Shown: in pieces, positions 9,410 to 18,880 of the stretch
Numbering within the stretch: the first letter of the stretch is position 1
How the letters are laid out: every line of letters begins with the position of its first letter
From: an uncultured bacterium
GTDB lineage: Bacteria; Desulfobacterota; BSN033; UBA1163
Direction of reading: 5' to 3'
NCBI GenBank assembly: GCA_938045955.1
Contig: CALIBK010000105.1
Location: 5,187-69,186, forward strand
Length of the DNA stretch: 64,000 bases
Translations under genes and position numbers: made by a program
Notes under the pieces: model-generated
Seen by the model: only the letters and a program-made list of their open reading frames with translations
The model's database searches: none
Told to the model about the DNA's origin: nothing

Positions 9410-10558
9410 TTAATTACTCAATATCACCACAGTTCCTGTAGCGGTGGGTATCCCTCTCCAGCTTTGGGCAAGTCCGGTGGTGACATTCTTGATTTGATTC
9501 TTCCCTGCTTCTCCTCTCAACTGCCGCACGACCTCAAGGACTTTAAGTCCTCCGTTCAATTCATAGAGATTCCCCACTCCCAGACAACCTCCAGAGGGGT
9601 TGACTGGAAATTCTCCATTAATCTCGGTACCACCCATTGCGGTAAAGGCTCCTGCTTCTCCTTTTCTAAAGATCCTCATGGCTTCGAGGTGTTGAAGTTC
9701 TTTATAGGAGAACTCATCATTGACTTCTGCAAAGTCAATCTCCTTTCGAGGATATCGAATTCCTGCCATCTTATAGGCCATCTCTGCGGCTATCTGAGCG
9801 TAGACGGCCTCTCCCCAATTTCGGGTTTCAAGTCCGGGAGTATCGGAGCACCATCCGATGCCTCTTATCCAGATGGGCTTATCAGTAAGGGCTTTCGCGG
9901 TTTCCTCTTCCGCGAGAACCACAACCACAGCTCCATCTGAATGAGGGGCAATATCCATCTGAGTGAGTGGGTAAGAAACGACTTCAGAGTTCAGGACATA
10001 GTCGATATCCACAAGAACCCCATGGCCTGCATAGGGGTTTGTCAGAGCATTTCTTCTATTTTTTACCACCACTTGAGCAATCTGCTCTCTTGTGGTACCG
10101 GTTTCATACATAAATCTTGCCATCTCTAACCCTGCCACTGCATGAGGACTTTCCTTCAATGGTCTATTATAAATTGGATCCATTGCAAATGTGACCATTT
10201 CGGAGAGAGTAAGCATATTGGAGGCTTTACTGAGGCCCTGGACTACCGAGATGGGACCGATCCCTGAGAGAATCATCATATAGGCTGATGCCAGGGAATG
10301 GATAAAGTCTCCAGGTACGGTATAGATGGGTTTAAGCACTGCCCCTAACTGATCCGGAGAATACTCATCGGCGATGCTGTATCCCTCAAAAAAATCCTCG
10401 GCAGTGCTGACAAAAGAATCCACATCCTTAGGTTCGATGCCTGCATCCAGATAGGCCTTCATTGCCGCTTCATAGGTCAACTCGCGATAGGACACATCAG
10501 GAGTCGTTGCCCGAAATCCTGTGGTTCCTATTCCAACAATAGCCACTCGTTTAGTCAT
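9410..10558 (-). CDS. thiolase-like protein, SCP-x type, second paralog
   Basis: 382 aa, MTKRVAIVGIGTTGF..., C-terminal GGCLGVGNLYELNG; RBS GAAAGGAGGG. Confidence 0.8.
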   Translation of the reverse strand: MTKRVAIVGIGTTGFRATTPDVSYRELTYEAAMKAYLDAGIEPKDVDSFVSTAEDFFEGYSIADEYSPDQLGAVLKPIYTVPGDFIHSLASAYMMILSGIGPISVVQGLSKASNMLTLSEMVTFAMDPIYNRPLKESPHAVAGLEMARFMYETGTTREQIAQVVVKNRRNALTNPYAGHGVLVDIDYVLNSEVVSYPLTQMDIAPHSDGAVVVVLAEEETAKALTDKPIWIRGIGWCSDTPGLETRNWGEAVYAQIAAEMAYKMAGIRYPRKEIDFAEVNDEFSYKELQHLEAMRIFRKGEAGAFTAMGGTEINGEFPVNPSGGCLGVGNLYELNGGLKVLEVVRQLRGEAGKNQIKNVTTGLAQSWRGIPTATGTVVILSN

Positions 10559-10782
10559 TGTTGAATTCCCTCCTTTCGTTCCTTATTTTTAGCCTTGAGT
10601 GATCATTCATTAAAATAGCCTGTAAGTGCTTCACCTCCTTTCTCATCGGATGCGATTGACAATCCATGAAAGTCGATTAATAAAAATTCTTCCTTTCCCT
10701 TCAAAGGGGCCTAAGAATCTCTCCTGAATTCCACTTAACGTAAACTGTAAAATTAAACCAAAAAAATAGAACCCCACCCGTA

Positions 10783-11190
10783 TTACTTCCGTGGTTTAAT
10801 ATTTTCTTTGACCCATCGGACGGCTTCCTCGATGGGGGTTCCCGGGGTGAAGATGGCTTTCACGCCTGCCTGTTGGAGGGAAGGGATATCTTCTTCCGGG
10901 ATGATTCCACCTCCGAAGACGATGATATCTTCGGCTCCTTTTTCTTTGAGCAGTCGGATGACTTCCGGGAAGACGTAGTCATGAGCGCCAGAGAGGATAG
11001 ACAGTCCGATGGCGTCCACGTCTTCCTGGATGGCTGCGTTGACGATCTGTTCCGGGGTCTGGTGGAGTCCGGTGTAGATGACCTCGAAGCCTGCGTCCCG
11101 GAACCCTCGGGCGATGACTTTCGCCCCCCGGTCGTGTCCATCGAGTCCGGGTTTTCCGATAAGGATTCGAATTTTTCGTTCCGTGCTCAT
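10783..11190 (-). CDS. B12-binding small subunit of a split methylmalonyl-CoA-mutase-family acyl-CoA mutase (isobutyryl-CoA mutase small-subunit-like)
   Basis: 135 aa; cobalamin-binding DxHxxG motif ([11 protein letters not shown]), Rossmann-like B12 domain. Confidence 0.85.
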   Translation of the reverse strand: MSTERKIRILIGKPGLDGHDRGAKVIARGFRDAGFEVIYTGLHQTPEQIVNAAIQEDVDAIGLSILSGAHDYVFPEVIRLLKEKGAEDIIVFGGGIIPEEDIPSLQQAGVKAIFTPGTPIEEAVRWVKENIKPRK

Positions 11191-11220
11191 GGTCTCTCCT
11201 CGGGTTAAGGATTCAGGGAT

Positions 11221-12894
11221 TTAGAAGTATCCCGGGTCGGTGTATCTTCCGAAGACTTCCCTCCAGACGTCACAGATCTCCTGGATGGTGGCATACTCCC
11301 GGACGGCATTGATGATGTAGGGCATCAGGTTTTCTCCACTGATCGAGGCCCGTCGGATCTCTTCGAGGCACTGTTTGACCTTTTCGTTGTTTCGGGTTCT
11401 TTTGACTTCCTTAAGTCTTCTCAGTTGTCTTTCTTCGATTTCCGGTCTCATTCTCCAGATGGGGATAGGGGGGTGGTCGGTGACGTATTTATTTACTCCT
11501 ACGATGACCTTTTCGCCTGAGTCCACCTGTTTCTGGAATCGGTAGGCGGCCTCTGCGATCTCCATCTGGGGGTATCCCCGTTCGATCGCTTTGATCATTC
11601 CTCCCATCTCGTCGATCTTTCGGATGTATTCCCAGGCCTTCTCTTCGATCTCATTGGTGAGGGCTTCGACGAAGTAGGAGCCTGCGAGGGGGTCGATGGT
11701 ATTGGTGACTCCGGTCTCTTCGGCGAGGATCTGCTGGGTTCTCAGGGCGATCGTGACCGCTTCTTCTGTGGGGATGGCGTAGGTTTCATCGAGGGAGTTG
11801 GTGTGAAGCGACTGGGTTCCTCCGAGCACCGCGGCCAGGGCCTCGTAGGCAGTCCGGATGATGTTGTTGTAGGGTTGCTGGGCGGTGAGGGAGCATCCTG
11901 CGGTCTGGGTGTGGAAGCGGAGCATCCAGGATCTTGGGTTTTTGGCCAGAAAGCGTTCTCTCATGATCTTGGCCCACATTCTTCGGGCGGCTCGGAACTT
12001 AGCGATCTCTTCGAAGAAGTCGATGTGGGAGTCGAAGAAGAAGGAGAGTCTTGGGGCGAATTCATCGACATCGAGGCCTCGTTCCATGGCTGCTTCCACG
12101 TAGGCGATGCCATCGGCCAGGGTGAAGGCCAGTTCCTGGACGGCTGTGGCTCCTGCCTCACGGATATGGTAACCGCTGATGCTGATGGTATTCCATCGGG
12201 GGACTTCCCGGGTGCAGTATTCGATGGTATCGACGATGATTCGAAGGGAGGGTTTGGGTGGGAGCATGAAGGTCTTCTGGGCGATGAACTCTTTGAGCAT
12301 GTCGTTCTGAATCGTCCCTCCGATCTGTCTCTTGCTCACCCCCTGTTTTTCGGCGACGACGATATACATGGCGAGCAGGATAGAGGCAGGGGGATTGATG
12401 GTCATCGAGGTGGTTACTCGATCGAGGGGGATTCCTTCGAAGAGAATCTCCATATCTTTCAGGGTATCGACGGCAACCCCGCACTTTCCGACCTCTCCCC
12501 GGGCCATGGGGGAGTCACTGTCGTATCCCATCAGGGTCGGGTAATGGAAGGCGATGGAGAGCCCTGTCTCTCCGTGGTCGAGGAGGTAGTGGAAGCGTTT
12601 GTTGGTCTCTTCAGGTCCTCCGAGTCCTGAGAACATCCTCATCGTCCAGAGTCTTCCCCGATACATGGAGGGCTGGACTCCCCGGGTAAAGGGATAGATC
12701 CCTGGAAAGCCGATATCTCTCGAATAGTCCAGATCTTTGATATCCTCAGGAGTGTAGAGGGGTTTGATCTCGAGATCGGAGACGGTGGTGAATCGGGGAA
12801 GTCGCTCAGGTCTCTCACAGAGGGTCTTAGAGAGTTCTTCGTTCCATTTCTTCTTCTCCTCTTTGACCTTTTGGATCTGCTCCTCCTTAAACAT
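11221..12894 (-). CDS. acyl-CoA mutase large (substrate-binding TIM-barrel) subunit, isobutyryl-CoA-mutase-like
   Basis: 557 aa; conserved MCM-family blocks ([24 protein letters not shown]; [18 protein letters not shown]; [15 protein letters not shown]). Positions equivalent to MCM Tyr89/Arg207 read Phe/Gln by eye alignment. Confidence 0.85.
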   Translation of the reverse strand: MFKEEQIQKVKEEKKKWNEELSKTLCERPERLPRFTTVSDLEIKPLYTPEDIKDLDYSRDIGFPGIYPFTRGVQPSMYRGRLWTMRMFSGLGGPEETNKRFHYLLDHGETGLSIAFHYPTLMGYDSDSPMARGEVGKCGVAVDTLKDMEILFEGIPLDRVTTSMTINPPASILLAMYIVVAEKQGVSKRQIGGTIQNDMLKEFIAQKTFMLPPKPSLRIIVDTIEYCTREVPRWNTISISGYHIREAGATAVQELAFTLADGIAYVEAAMERGLDVDEFAPRLSFFFDSHIDFFEEIAKFRAARRMWAKIMRERFLAKNPRSWMLRFHTQTAGCSLTAQQPYNNIIRTAYEALAAVLGGTQSLHTNSLDETYAIPTEEAVTIALRTQQILAEETGVTNTIDPLAGSYFVEALTNEIEEKAWEYIRKIDEMGGMIKAIERGYPQMEIAEAAYRFQKQVDSGEKVIVGVNKYVTDHPPIPIWRMRPEIEERQLRRLKEVKRTRNNEKVKQCLEEIRRASISGENLMPYIINAVREYATIQEICDVWREVFGRYTDPGYF

Positions 12895-12953
12895 ATCGTA
12901 TCACTCCTTGTGACGCTCTGGATATAACGCCAGAGCACCTTATTTGCTTATTT

Positions 12954-13478
12954 TTAGATTTCGATCCCTTCTCGGGACTGGATCCCTTTTTGATAGTAGT
13001 GTTTTCTTTCGACCATCTCCGTGACCAGATCGGCTTTTTCGAGGATCTCCGGTTTTGCGTATCTTCCCGTGAGGATGAGCTCCACGGATTCGGGTTTGGA
13101 TTCCATGAGCTCAAGAACTTCTTTGAGGGGAATCAGGCCGTAGTCCACCGCCACATTGATCTCGTCCAGGATGACGATATCATAGGCTTTGCTACGGATG
13201 GCTTCTCTGGCAAGTTCGAATCCTTTTCGGGCCAGTTCCGTATCGATCGGATCGGGATTCGTTCTGGAGACGAAGGTCTCTCTGCCCATCTGGTTGATTG
13301 TGAGGTGAGGGGAGAGCCTTTTTGAGGCCTCGAGTTCTCCGTACTGGATGTTTCCCTTCATGAACTGGATCATCAGGACTTTGAGGCCGTGGCCCGCTGC
13401 TCGAAGGGCGAGGCCCAGGGCAGCGGTTGTCTTTCCCTTTCCATCTCCTGTATAGACCTGAATGAGACCTTTTTTCAT
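12954..13478 (-). CDS. cob(I)alamin adenosyltransferase (CobA/CobO/BtuR type)
   Basis: 174 aa; P-loop-like GLIQVYTGDGKGKTTAALGLALRAAGHG characteristic of CobA-type ATP:corrinoid adenosyltransferase; sits directly upstream of the mutase genes. Confidence 0.8.
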   Translation of the reverse strand: MKKGLIQVYTGDGKGKTTAALGLALRAAGHGLKVLMIQFMKGNIQYGELEASKRLSPHLTINQMGRETFVSRTNPDPIDTELARKGFELAREAIRSKAYDIVILDEINVAVDYGLIPLKEVLELMESKPESVELILTGRYAKPEILEKADLVTEMVERKHYYQKGIQSREGIEI

Positions 13479-13485
13479 AAGATTC

Positions 13486-15420
13486 TTAACTCAGCTCTCT
13501 GATCTGGGCGATGATCTGTTCGGTTTTGAAGTGTCTCAGGCTGATGGCGCTTGAGGGGCAGGTGGCGTTACAGGCCCCGCATCCTTTGCAGAGGGCTTCG
13601 TTGACACTCATCACCTTTCGATAGGGATCGAGTCTGAGGGCACGGTATTCGCAGATCTGTTCACAGAGGCCACAGCCTGCACAGACGAGTTCATCCACGT
13701 GGGCGGTGATCGGTTCGATCTTTACCTTTCCTGCAAAAAGCGGGACCGTAGCCCTCGAGGCTGCCCCGTGAGCCTGTGAGAGGGTATCCTGGATATCCTT
13801 GGGTCCCTGACAGGTGCCGGCGAGAAAGATCCCATCGGTTGCGGTATCGAGGGGTCTCAGTTTTGGATGGGCCTCGAGGTAGAAACGATCGGGTCCCTGA
13901 GAGAGTTTAAGGAGGCTTCTCAGTCCGTCGGAGTCAGCCCTCTGGGTAAGGCCTGTGGCGAGCACCACCAGATCAGCTTCCTCTTCATAGGGTTCTCCGA
14001 GGAGTTCGTCATCGGCTCGGATGAGAAGCTTTCCATTTCTCTGGATGATCTCGGAAGGGACCCCTTTTCGATAGAGAATCCCCTTCTTCTGGACCTGTTC
14101 GTAAAACTGTTCGTATCCCTTTCCAAAGGCTCTTACATCGATATAACAGATCGTGATCCTCGCTTCTGGAAGAAGTTCTTTGGCGAGGAAGGCCTGCTTG
14201 GCCGTAAACATGCAGCACACCCTTGAGCAGTATTCATTATTGACTGTCTTATCCCGTGAGCCCACACACTGGATAAAGAAGATCCTTTCGGGTTCTTTTC
14301 CGTCGATGAGGAGTCTTCCTTTCGTGGGTCCTTCGGGGGAGAGAAGCCTTTCGAACTCAAGGGCGGTAAGGACATTTGGATAGAGGCCGTAGCCCAATTC
14401 GGGTTTCTTTTTTGGATCGAAGGGGTCATAACCCGTGGCTACAATGATGGTCCCGATGGGGATGTCGATCTCCATCCCCACCTCCTCGAACTGAACCGCT
14501 CCTTCCGGGCAGACCTCCCGGCATCGAGTGCATTCTCCTTTTCGAAGATAGAGGCAGTGTTCGGGATCGATTAGGTAACTCAATGGAAAGGCATAAGGAG
14601 AGGGCAGATAGATGGCCTTTCTGCGGTCAAGGCCCATGTTCCATTCGTTGGGAATTTCAACCGGGCAGACCTTCTCACACTCTGCGCATCGATTACACTT
14701 CAGGGGATCCACGAAGCGGGGATACTTTCTGAGCTTTACTTTGAAGTTCCCTACGAATCCCTCCACTCCCGTCACCTCACAGAGCGTTAAAACGTGAAGA
14801 GAAGGGTATTGCTTGAGTGTCTCGATTCTGGACCTCAGGATTTCTGAGGTCTCCTCAAGGTTGGGGAAGGTTCGTGAGATCTGGGTGAGATGACCACCGA
14901 TCGACGGAGCCTTCTCCACGAGATAGACCTCGAAACCCGATGAAGCGATATCCAGAGAGGCCTGAATACCCGCGATTCCGGCTCCGATGATGAGGACAGA
15001 GGGAGTCACAGGGGCCTCTTTCTCCTCAAGGGGTTCGTGAAGGGAGACCCTGGCCACTGCCGAGGCTACAAGCTCCATTGCCTTCCGGGTTGCCTCATCA
15101 CGATCCTGATGGACCCAGGAGCACTGCTCCCGGATGTTTGCCATTTCGAAGAAATAAGGATTGAGTCCGGCTGAGCGAATCGCATTTCGATAAGTGGGCT
15201 CATGCATCCGTGGAGAACAAGCCGCAACCACAATCCGGTCGAGGCCAAGGGCTTTGATATCATTCTTGATAAGATCCTGACCTGGATCGGAACACATGTA
15301 CTGATAATGACGGGCCACCTCCACATGGGGAAGGGTCATCGCAAAGGCTCTTACTCGTTCCACATCTACTGTGGCCGCTATATTGATCCCGCAATGACAG
15401 ATATAAACACCGATCTTCAT
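13486..15420 (-). CDS. hdrA: heterodisulfide reductase subunit A-like flavoprotein (HdrA)
   Basis: 644 aa; N-terminal Cys-rich HdrA block (GVYICHCGINIA...YMCSDPGQ...VVAACSPRMHE...REQCSWVH), FAD motif IIGAGIAGIQASLD, two 2x[4Fe-4S] ferredoxin-like inserts (CNRCAECEKVCP / CTRCREVCP; CAGCGLCEQICE / CKGCGACNATCP). Confidence 0.85.
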   Translation of the reverse strand: MKIGVYICHCGINIAATVDVERVRAFAMTLPHVEVARHYQYMCSDPGQDLIKNDIKALGLDRIVVAACSPRMHEPTYRNAIRSAGLNPYFFEMANIREQCSWVHQDRDEATRKAMELVASAVARVSLHEPLEEKEAPVTPSVLIIGAGIAGIQASLDIASSGFEVYLVEKAPSIGGHLTQISRTFPNLEETSEILRSRIETLKQYPSLHVLTLCEVTGVEGFVGNFKVKLRKYPRFVDPLKCNRCAECEKVCPVEIPNEWNMGLDRRKAIYLPSPYAFPLSYLIDPEHCLYLRKGECTRCREVCPEGAVQFEEVGMEIDIPIGTIIVATGYDPFDPKKKPELGYGLYPNVLTALEFERLLSPEGPTKGRLLIDGKEPERIFFIQCVGSRDKTVNNEYCSRVCCMFTAKQAFLAKELLPEARITICYIDVRAFGKGYEQFYEQVQKKGILYRKGVPSEIIQRNGKLLIRADDELLGEPYEEEADLVVLATGLTQRADSDGLRSLLKLSQGPDRFYLEAHPKLRPLDTATDGIFLAGTCQGPKDIQDTLSQAHGAASRATVPLFAGKVKIEPITAHVDELVCAGCGLCEQICEYRALRLDPYRKVMSVNEALCKGCGACNATCPSSAISLRHFKTEQIIAQIRELS

Positions 15421-15454
15421 CCACAGCCTCTCGCAACGCGCACGGTGCTAAGCG

Positions 15455-17698
15455 TTACTTTGAACCCCTCATTTTCCCTCTCGCAAGGAGGGTGCAGGCA
15501 AGAGCGGCTGCTCCGCTTGCCTGAGCCACCGTGTCCGGGATATCTTTCGGACCCTGACAGCAGCCGGCAAGAAAGATCCCCTCGACCGATGTTCTTATGG
15601 GGTCATGCCCCGGGGCCTCTGCAAAAAAACCCTCATCGGAATTCTCGAGACGAAGAATCTTTCCCAGCCACTCGCTCTCCTTTCGAGGAACGAGCCCTGA
15701 AGCGAGGACCACCAGATCTGCCTCGAGTTCGAAGGGCTCCCCAAGAAGGGTATCCTCCCCTCTGACTATGAGCTTCCCATCCCTTCGGTAGATCTCCGAG
15801 GGATTGGCCCTTCGATAGACGATATGCTCCTTCTGGACCCTCTCGTAGAACTCTTCGAATCCCTTTCCGAATGCCCTCACATCCATATATAAAACAGTAA
15901 TCCGAGCATCCGGAATCTTATCCCTCAAGAGATGAGCCTGCTTGGCCGTATACATACAACAGACCCTGGAACAGTATTCATTACCAACCGTCTTATCCCT
16001 CGATCCCACACAGTGGATAAAGACCACCTCTTTCGGTTTCTTTCCGTCGATCAGAATCTCTCCCCTGGTGGGTCCTGAGGCGGAGCATAGCCTCTCCATC
16101 TCGAGCCCATGGAGCACATTCGGATAGAGGCCGTATCCAAACTCGGGTTTCTTCTTCGGGTCAAAGGGATCAAAACCCGTGGCAAGGATAATGGCTCCAA
16201 CATGAAGCTCCACAATCTCTTCCTTCATCTCATAGTTAATGGCTCTGGGCTGGCAGTATCTCGCACACTCCCCGCAGTCCGAGCAGCCTCCACAGCTGAG
16301 ACACCTCCTGGCCTCCTCCATCGCCTCCTCTGCGCTGAGACCCGGGCCCATGGGTCTCACCATATCCGGAAGGGATTCCCGCTTATCCCTCTCCTTCTCA
16401 GGAAGCTCGCTCCGGATGGGAGAGGGTTTTTCTCTTTCAGGCTCTCTATCTTCATGGAGGTCATGACCCCTGAGGTAGCGATCGATAGAGCGAGCAGCCT
16501 TCCTTCCCTGAGCCATCGCCTCAACGATACTTCCAGGCCCCCTCACCGCATCCCCTCCAGCAAAGACCCCCTCAAGATTTGTCTGAAGTGTCACAGGATC
16601 AACCTCGATCATCCCCCTCCGATCCCTCTTCAAATCCCTGAGAGCTTTTGAGAGAGGCTCCACTCCATTTGATCCCACACCCAAAAAGATTGCCCCGTAA
16701 GAGGCTCGAATCTCCTCGAAGGAGAGATCCTTCCCTACCTCTGTATGGAGTCGAACCTCGATTCCCATCCTTTCGATGAGAGAGAGGTCTCTGCGGACAA
16801 TTTCTCGCGGAAGACGATAGGAAGGAAACCCATGGGTGAGGAGTCCTCCCAGCTCTTCCATGGATTCAAAGATCGTGACCCGATAACCCATCCTCCGAAG
16901 ATCGAAGGCCGAAACCAGCCCCGAAGGCCCTCCACCCACAATGGCGACTCTTTGAGGTCTCTCTTCGGGGAGTTCAAACTGAAACTCCGGCTCCTCCACA
17001 TGATCCACAAGAAACCTCTTCAGATCGCAGATCCTCACCGGGCGATCCACATCGATCCGCTTGCACTGCCGCTCACAGGGATGACTGCAAACATAGGCCA
17101 GGATCCCGGGGAAGGGAAGGGCTTTTCGAACCAGACTCAGAGCCTCTCGGAACTTCCCATGAGAGATTAATGCTACATATCCCTGAGCATTACAGCCGAG
17201 AGGACAGGCCGCCCGACAGGGAGGGATTCCACGTCGATCAATCGTATACTTCAAGGGAACGGCCTGAGGAAATGGAATATAGATGGCCTTCCTCATCCCG
17301 AGGCCCATATCAAACTCATTGGGAAGGGTGACAGGACACTGAGCCACACAATCCGCACAGGCCGTACATTTGTTAATATCCACGTAGCGGGGCTTCTTAC
17401 GAACCTTGACTCTAAAATCTCCCGCCCTTCCTTCGATGGAGATGATCTCTGAGTAGGTGAGCAGATTGATATTGGGATGATTGGCTGTATCCACCATCTT
17501 GGGGGTGATGATACAGGCCGAACAGTCAAGGGTGGGGAAGGTCTTATCCAGTTGGGCCATGTGACCACCGATTGAAGGCTCCTTCTCGACCAGATGGACG
17601 AGAAACCCCTTGTCTGCAATATCGAGAGCAGCCTGCATCCCGGCTATGCCCCCACCTATGACCAGAGCCTCGGGAATCGTTCTCTCTTCAAAATTCAT
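15455..17698 (-). CDS. HdrL-type large HdrA-like flavoprotein with inserted NAD(P)H-binding (GltD/NfnB-like) domain
   Basis: 747 aa; HdrA-like FAD motif VIGGGIAGMQAALD at N-term and HdrA-like C-terminal half (CVGSRD...CSRVCCMY...FLAGCCQGP). Inserted region has ferredoxin Cys motifs and a second Rossmann motif VAIVGGGPSGL...GGDAVRG. Confidence 0.8.
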   Translation of the reverse strand: MNFEERTIPEALVIGGGIAGMQAALDIADKGFLVHLVEKEPSIGGHMAQLDKTFPTLDCSACIITPKMVDTANHPNINLLTYSEIISIEGRAGDFRVKVRKKPRYVDINKCTACADCVAQCPVTLPNEFDMGLGMRKAIYIPFPQAVPLKYTIDRRGIPPCRAACPLGCNAQGYVALISHGKFREALSLVRKALPFPGILAYVCSHPCERQCKRIDVDRPVRICDLKRFLVDHVEEPEFQFELPEERPQRVAIVGGGPSGLVSAFDLRRMGYRVTIFESMEELGGLLTHGFPSYRLPREIVRRDLSLIERMGIEVRLHTEVGKDLSFEEIRASYGAIFLGVGSNGVEPLSKALRDLKRDRRGMIEVDPVTLQTNLEGVFAGGDAVRGPGSIVEAMAQGRKAARSIDRYLRGHDLHEDREPEREKPSPIRSELPEKERDKRESLPDMVRPMGPGLSAEEAMEEARRCLSCGGCSDCGECARYCQPRAINYEMKEEIVELHVGAIILATGFDPFDPKKKPEFGYGLYPNVLHGLEMERLCSASGPTRGEILIDGKKPKEVVFIHCVGSRDKTVGNEYCSRVCCMYTAKQAHLLRDKIPDARITVLYMDVRAFGKGFEEFYERVQKEHIVYRRANPSEIYRRDGKLIVRGEDTLLGEPFELEADLVVLASGLVPRKESEWLGKILRLENSDEGFFAEAPGHDPIRTSVEGIFLAGCCQGPKDIPDTVAQASGAAALACTLLARGKMRGSK

Positions 17699-17707
17699 GG
17701 GTTAAAT

Positions 17708-18862
17708 TTATTTCAGTTTTCCTATCAGTGCGGAGGCGATGGTATTTTTCTGGATCTCTTTGGTCCCTTCGTAGATCTCCATGATCTTGGCATCCCGATA
17801 GAATCGCTCCACTTCGTACTCCGTAATATACCCGTAGCCTCCAAAGATCTGGATCGCCTCATCAGCGACCTCCACTGCCACCTTCGCCGAAAACATCTTC
17901 GCCATCGAGGTGAGCTTCGGATCAATCCCTTTATGATCAAAGTTCCAGGCCGCTTTATAGGTGAGAAGCCTTGCCGTCTCCACCTTGGTTGCCATATCGG
18001 CAAGCTTGTGCTGGGTGATCTGAAACTCCACGAGCTTCCTGCCGAACTGCTCCCTCTGGCGGGCATAATCGAGAGCCCGATCGAAGGCCCCCTGGGCAAT
18101 CCCGAGGGCCTGGGCCGCGATCTCAATCCGACTTTCGTCAAAGAACTCGAGAACCTGGTAAAACCCCTTCTTCTCTTCCCCGATCAGGTTGCTCACAGGA
18201 ACCCTCACATCACTGAAGGAGAGCTCTGCCGTAGAGGTCATCCGAATCCCCATCTTCGGAGTAATCTCCGAGACCTCAAGACCCTTTACCCCCTTCTCCA
18301 CCAGAATCGTACACTGACCCCGATAGGTAGGTCTCGCCTGAGGATCGGTTTGACAGAGAACCACAAAGAAATCGGCCAGAGAACCATTGGTGATAAAGGT
18401 CTTTGTCCCATTGATCACGAAGAAGTCTCCCTCCCTCACAGCAGTCGTTGACATCAGCGTGATATCACTTCCATGATTGGGTTCTGTATAGGCCCCACCC
18501 GAGATAGACTCGCCGCGGGTTATCGGAGGAAGATACCTCTTCTTCTGCTCCTCAGAACCAAAGCGAAGAATCACCTCCGAGGAGAAGTCCGTAAGGCTGA
18601 GGGCGACTCCCACCCCCGAGTCCTTCCGACAGAACTCCTCCACGATCAGGATATTCTCCATCACTCCATATCCCTGTCCCCCATAATCCTCAGGGAAATG
18701 GATCCCTATGAATCCGAGCTTTGCTGCCTTTTTCCATATCTCAAAGGGAAAGGCATGCTCCTTCTCCCACCGGAGGATCTTCTCCTTATCATACTCCCCT
18801 TCCATAAACTCACGGGCTGCCTTCTGAATATCCCTCTGCTCCTCGGTCAACTCAAAGTCCAT
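17708..18862 (-). CDS. acyl-CoA dehydrogenase (butyryl-CoA dehydrogenase-like)
   Basis: 384 aa; ACAD fold, catalytic motif IYEGTKEIQ; RBS GGAGGAGG; immediately upstream of hdrL and downstream of etfAB. Confidence 0.85.
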   Translation of the reverse strand: MDFELTEEQRDIQKAAREFMEGEYDKEKILRWEKEHAFPFEIWKKAAKLGFIGIHFPEDYGGQGYGVMENILIVEEFCRKDSGVGVALSLTDFSSEVILRFGSEEQKKRYLPPITRGESISGGAYTEPNHGSDITLMSTTAVREGDFFVINGTKTFITNGSLADFFVVLCQTDPQARPTYRGQCTILVEKGVKGLEVSEITPKMGIRMTSTAELSFSDVRVPVSNLIGEEKKGFYQVLEFFDESRIEIAAQALGIAQGAFDRALDYARQREQFGRKLVEFQITQHKLADMATKVETARLLTYKAAWNFDHKGIDPKLTSMAKMFSAKVAVEVADEAIQIFGGYGYITEYEVERFYRDAKIMEIYEGTKEIQKNTIASALIGKLK

Positions 18863-18880
18863 GAATCCTCCTCCGAACCT

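Noticed and set aside
10553-10610. 19-codon upstream ORF (MNDHSRLKIRNERREFNND) in the 224-nt gap before the thiolase operon, overlapping the thiolase start
   Set aside because: The only strong SD (AAGGAGGTG) is about 21 nt from its ATG, too far for efficient initiation; no conservation evidence; more likely a chance ORF within a leader region.
10741-10782. Possible terminator after the B12 small-subunit gene (U7 tract on the minus strand)
   Set aside because: Preceding stem is only about 4 bp (CCAC/GUGG); cannot support an intrinsic terminator call, though an internal promoter or attenuator in the 10559-10782 gap remains plausible.
11803-12630. Long ORFs nested antisense or out-of-frame inside confidently assigned genes (for example 275-aa ORF 11803-12630 inside the mutase gene; 23885-24658 inside the NuoF-like gene; 50189-50860 inside the XDH large subunit; 3219-3914 inside addA; 52888-53535 inside dctM)
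   Set aside because: They overlap well-supported conserved genes, have low-complexity Arg/Pro/Ser/Gly-rich translations typical of wrong-frame reading of moderately GC-rich coding DNA, and lack RBSs and family signatures.
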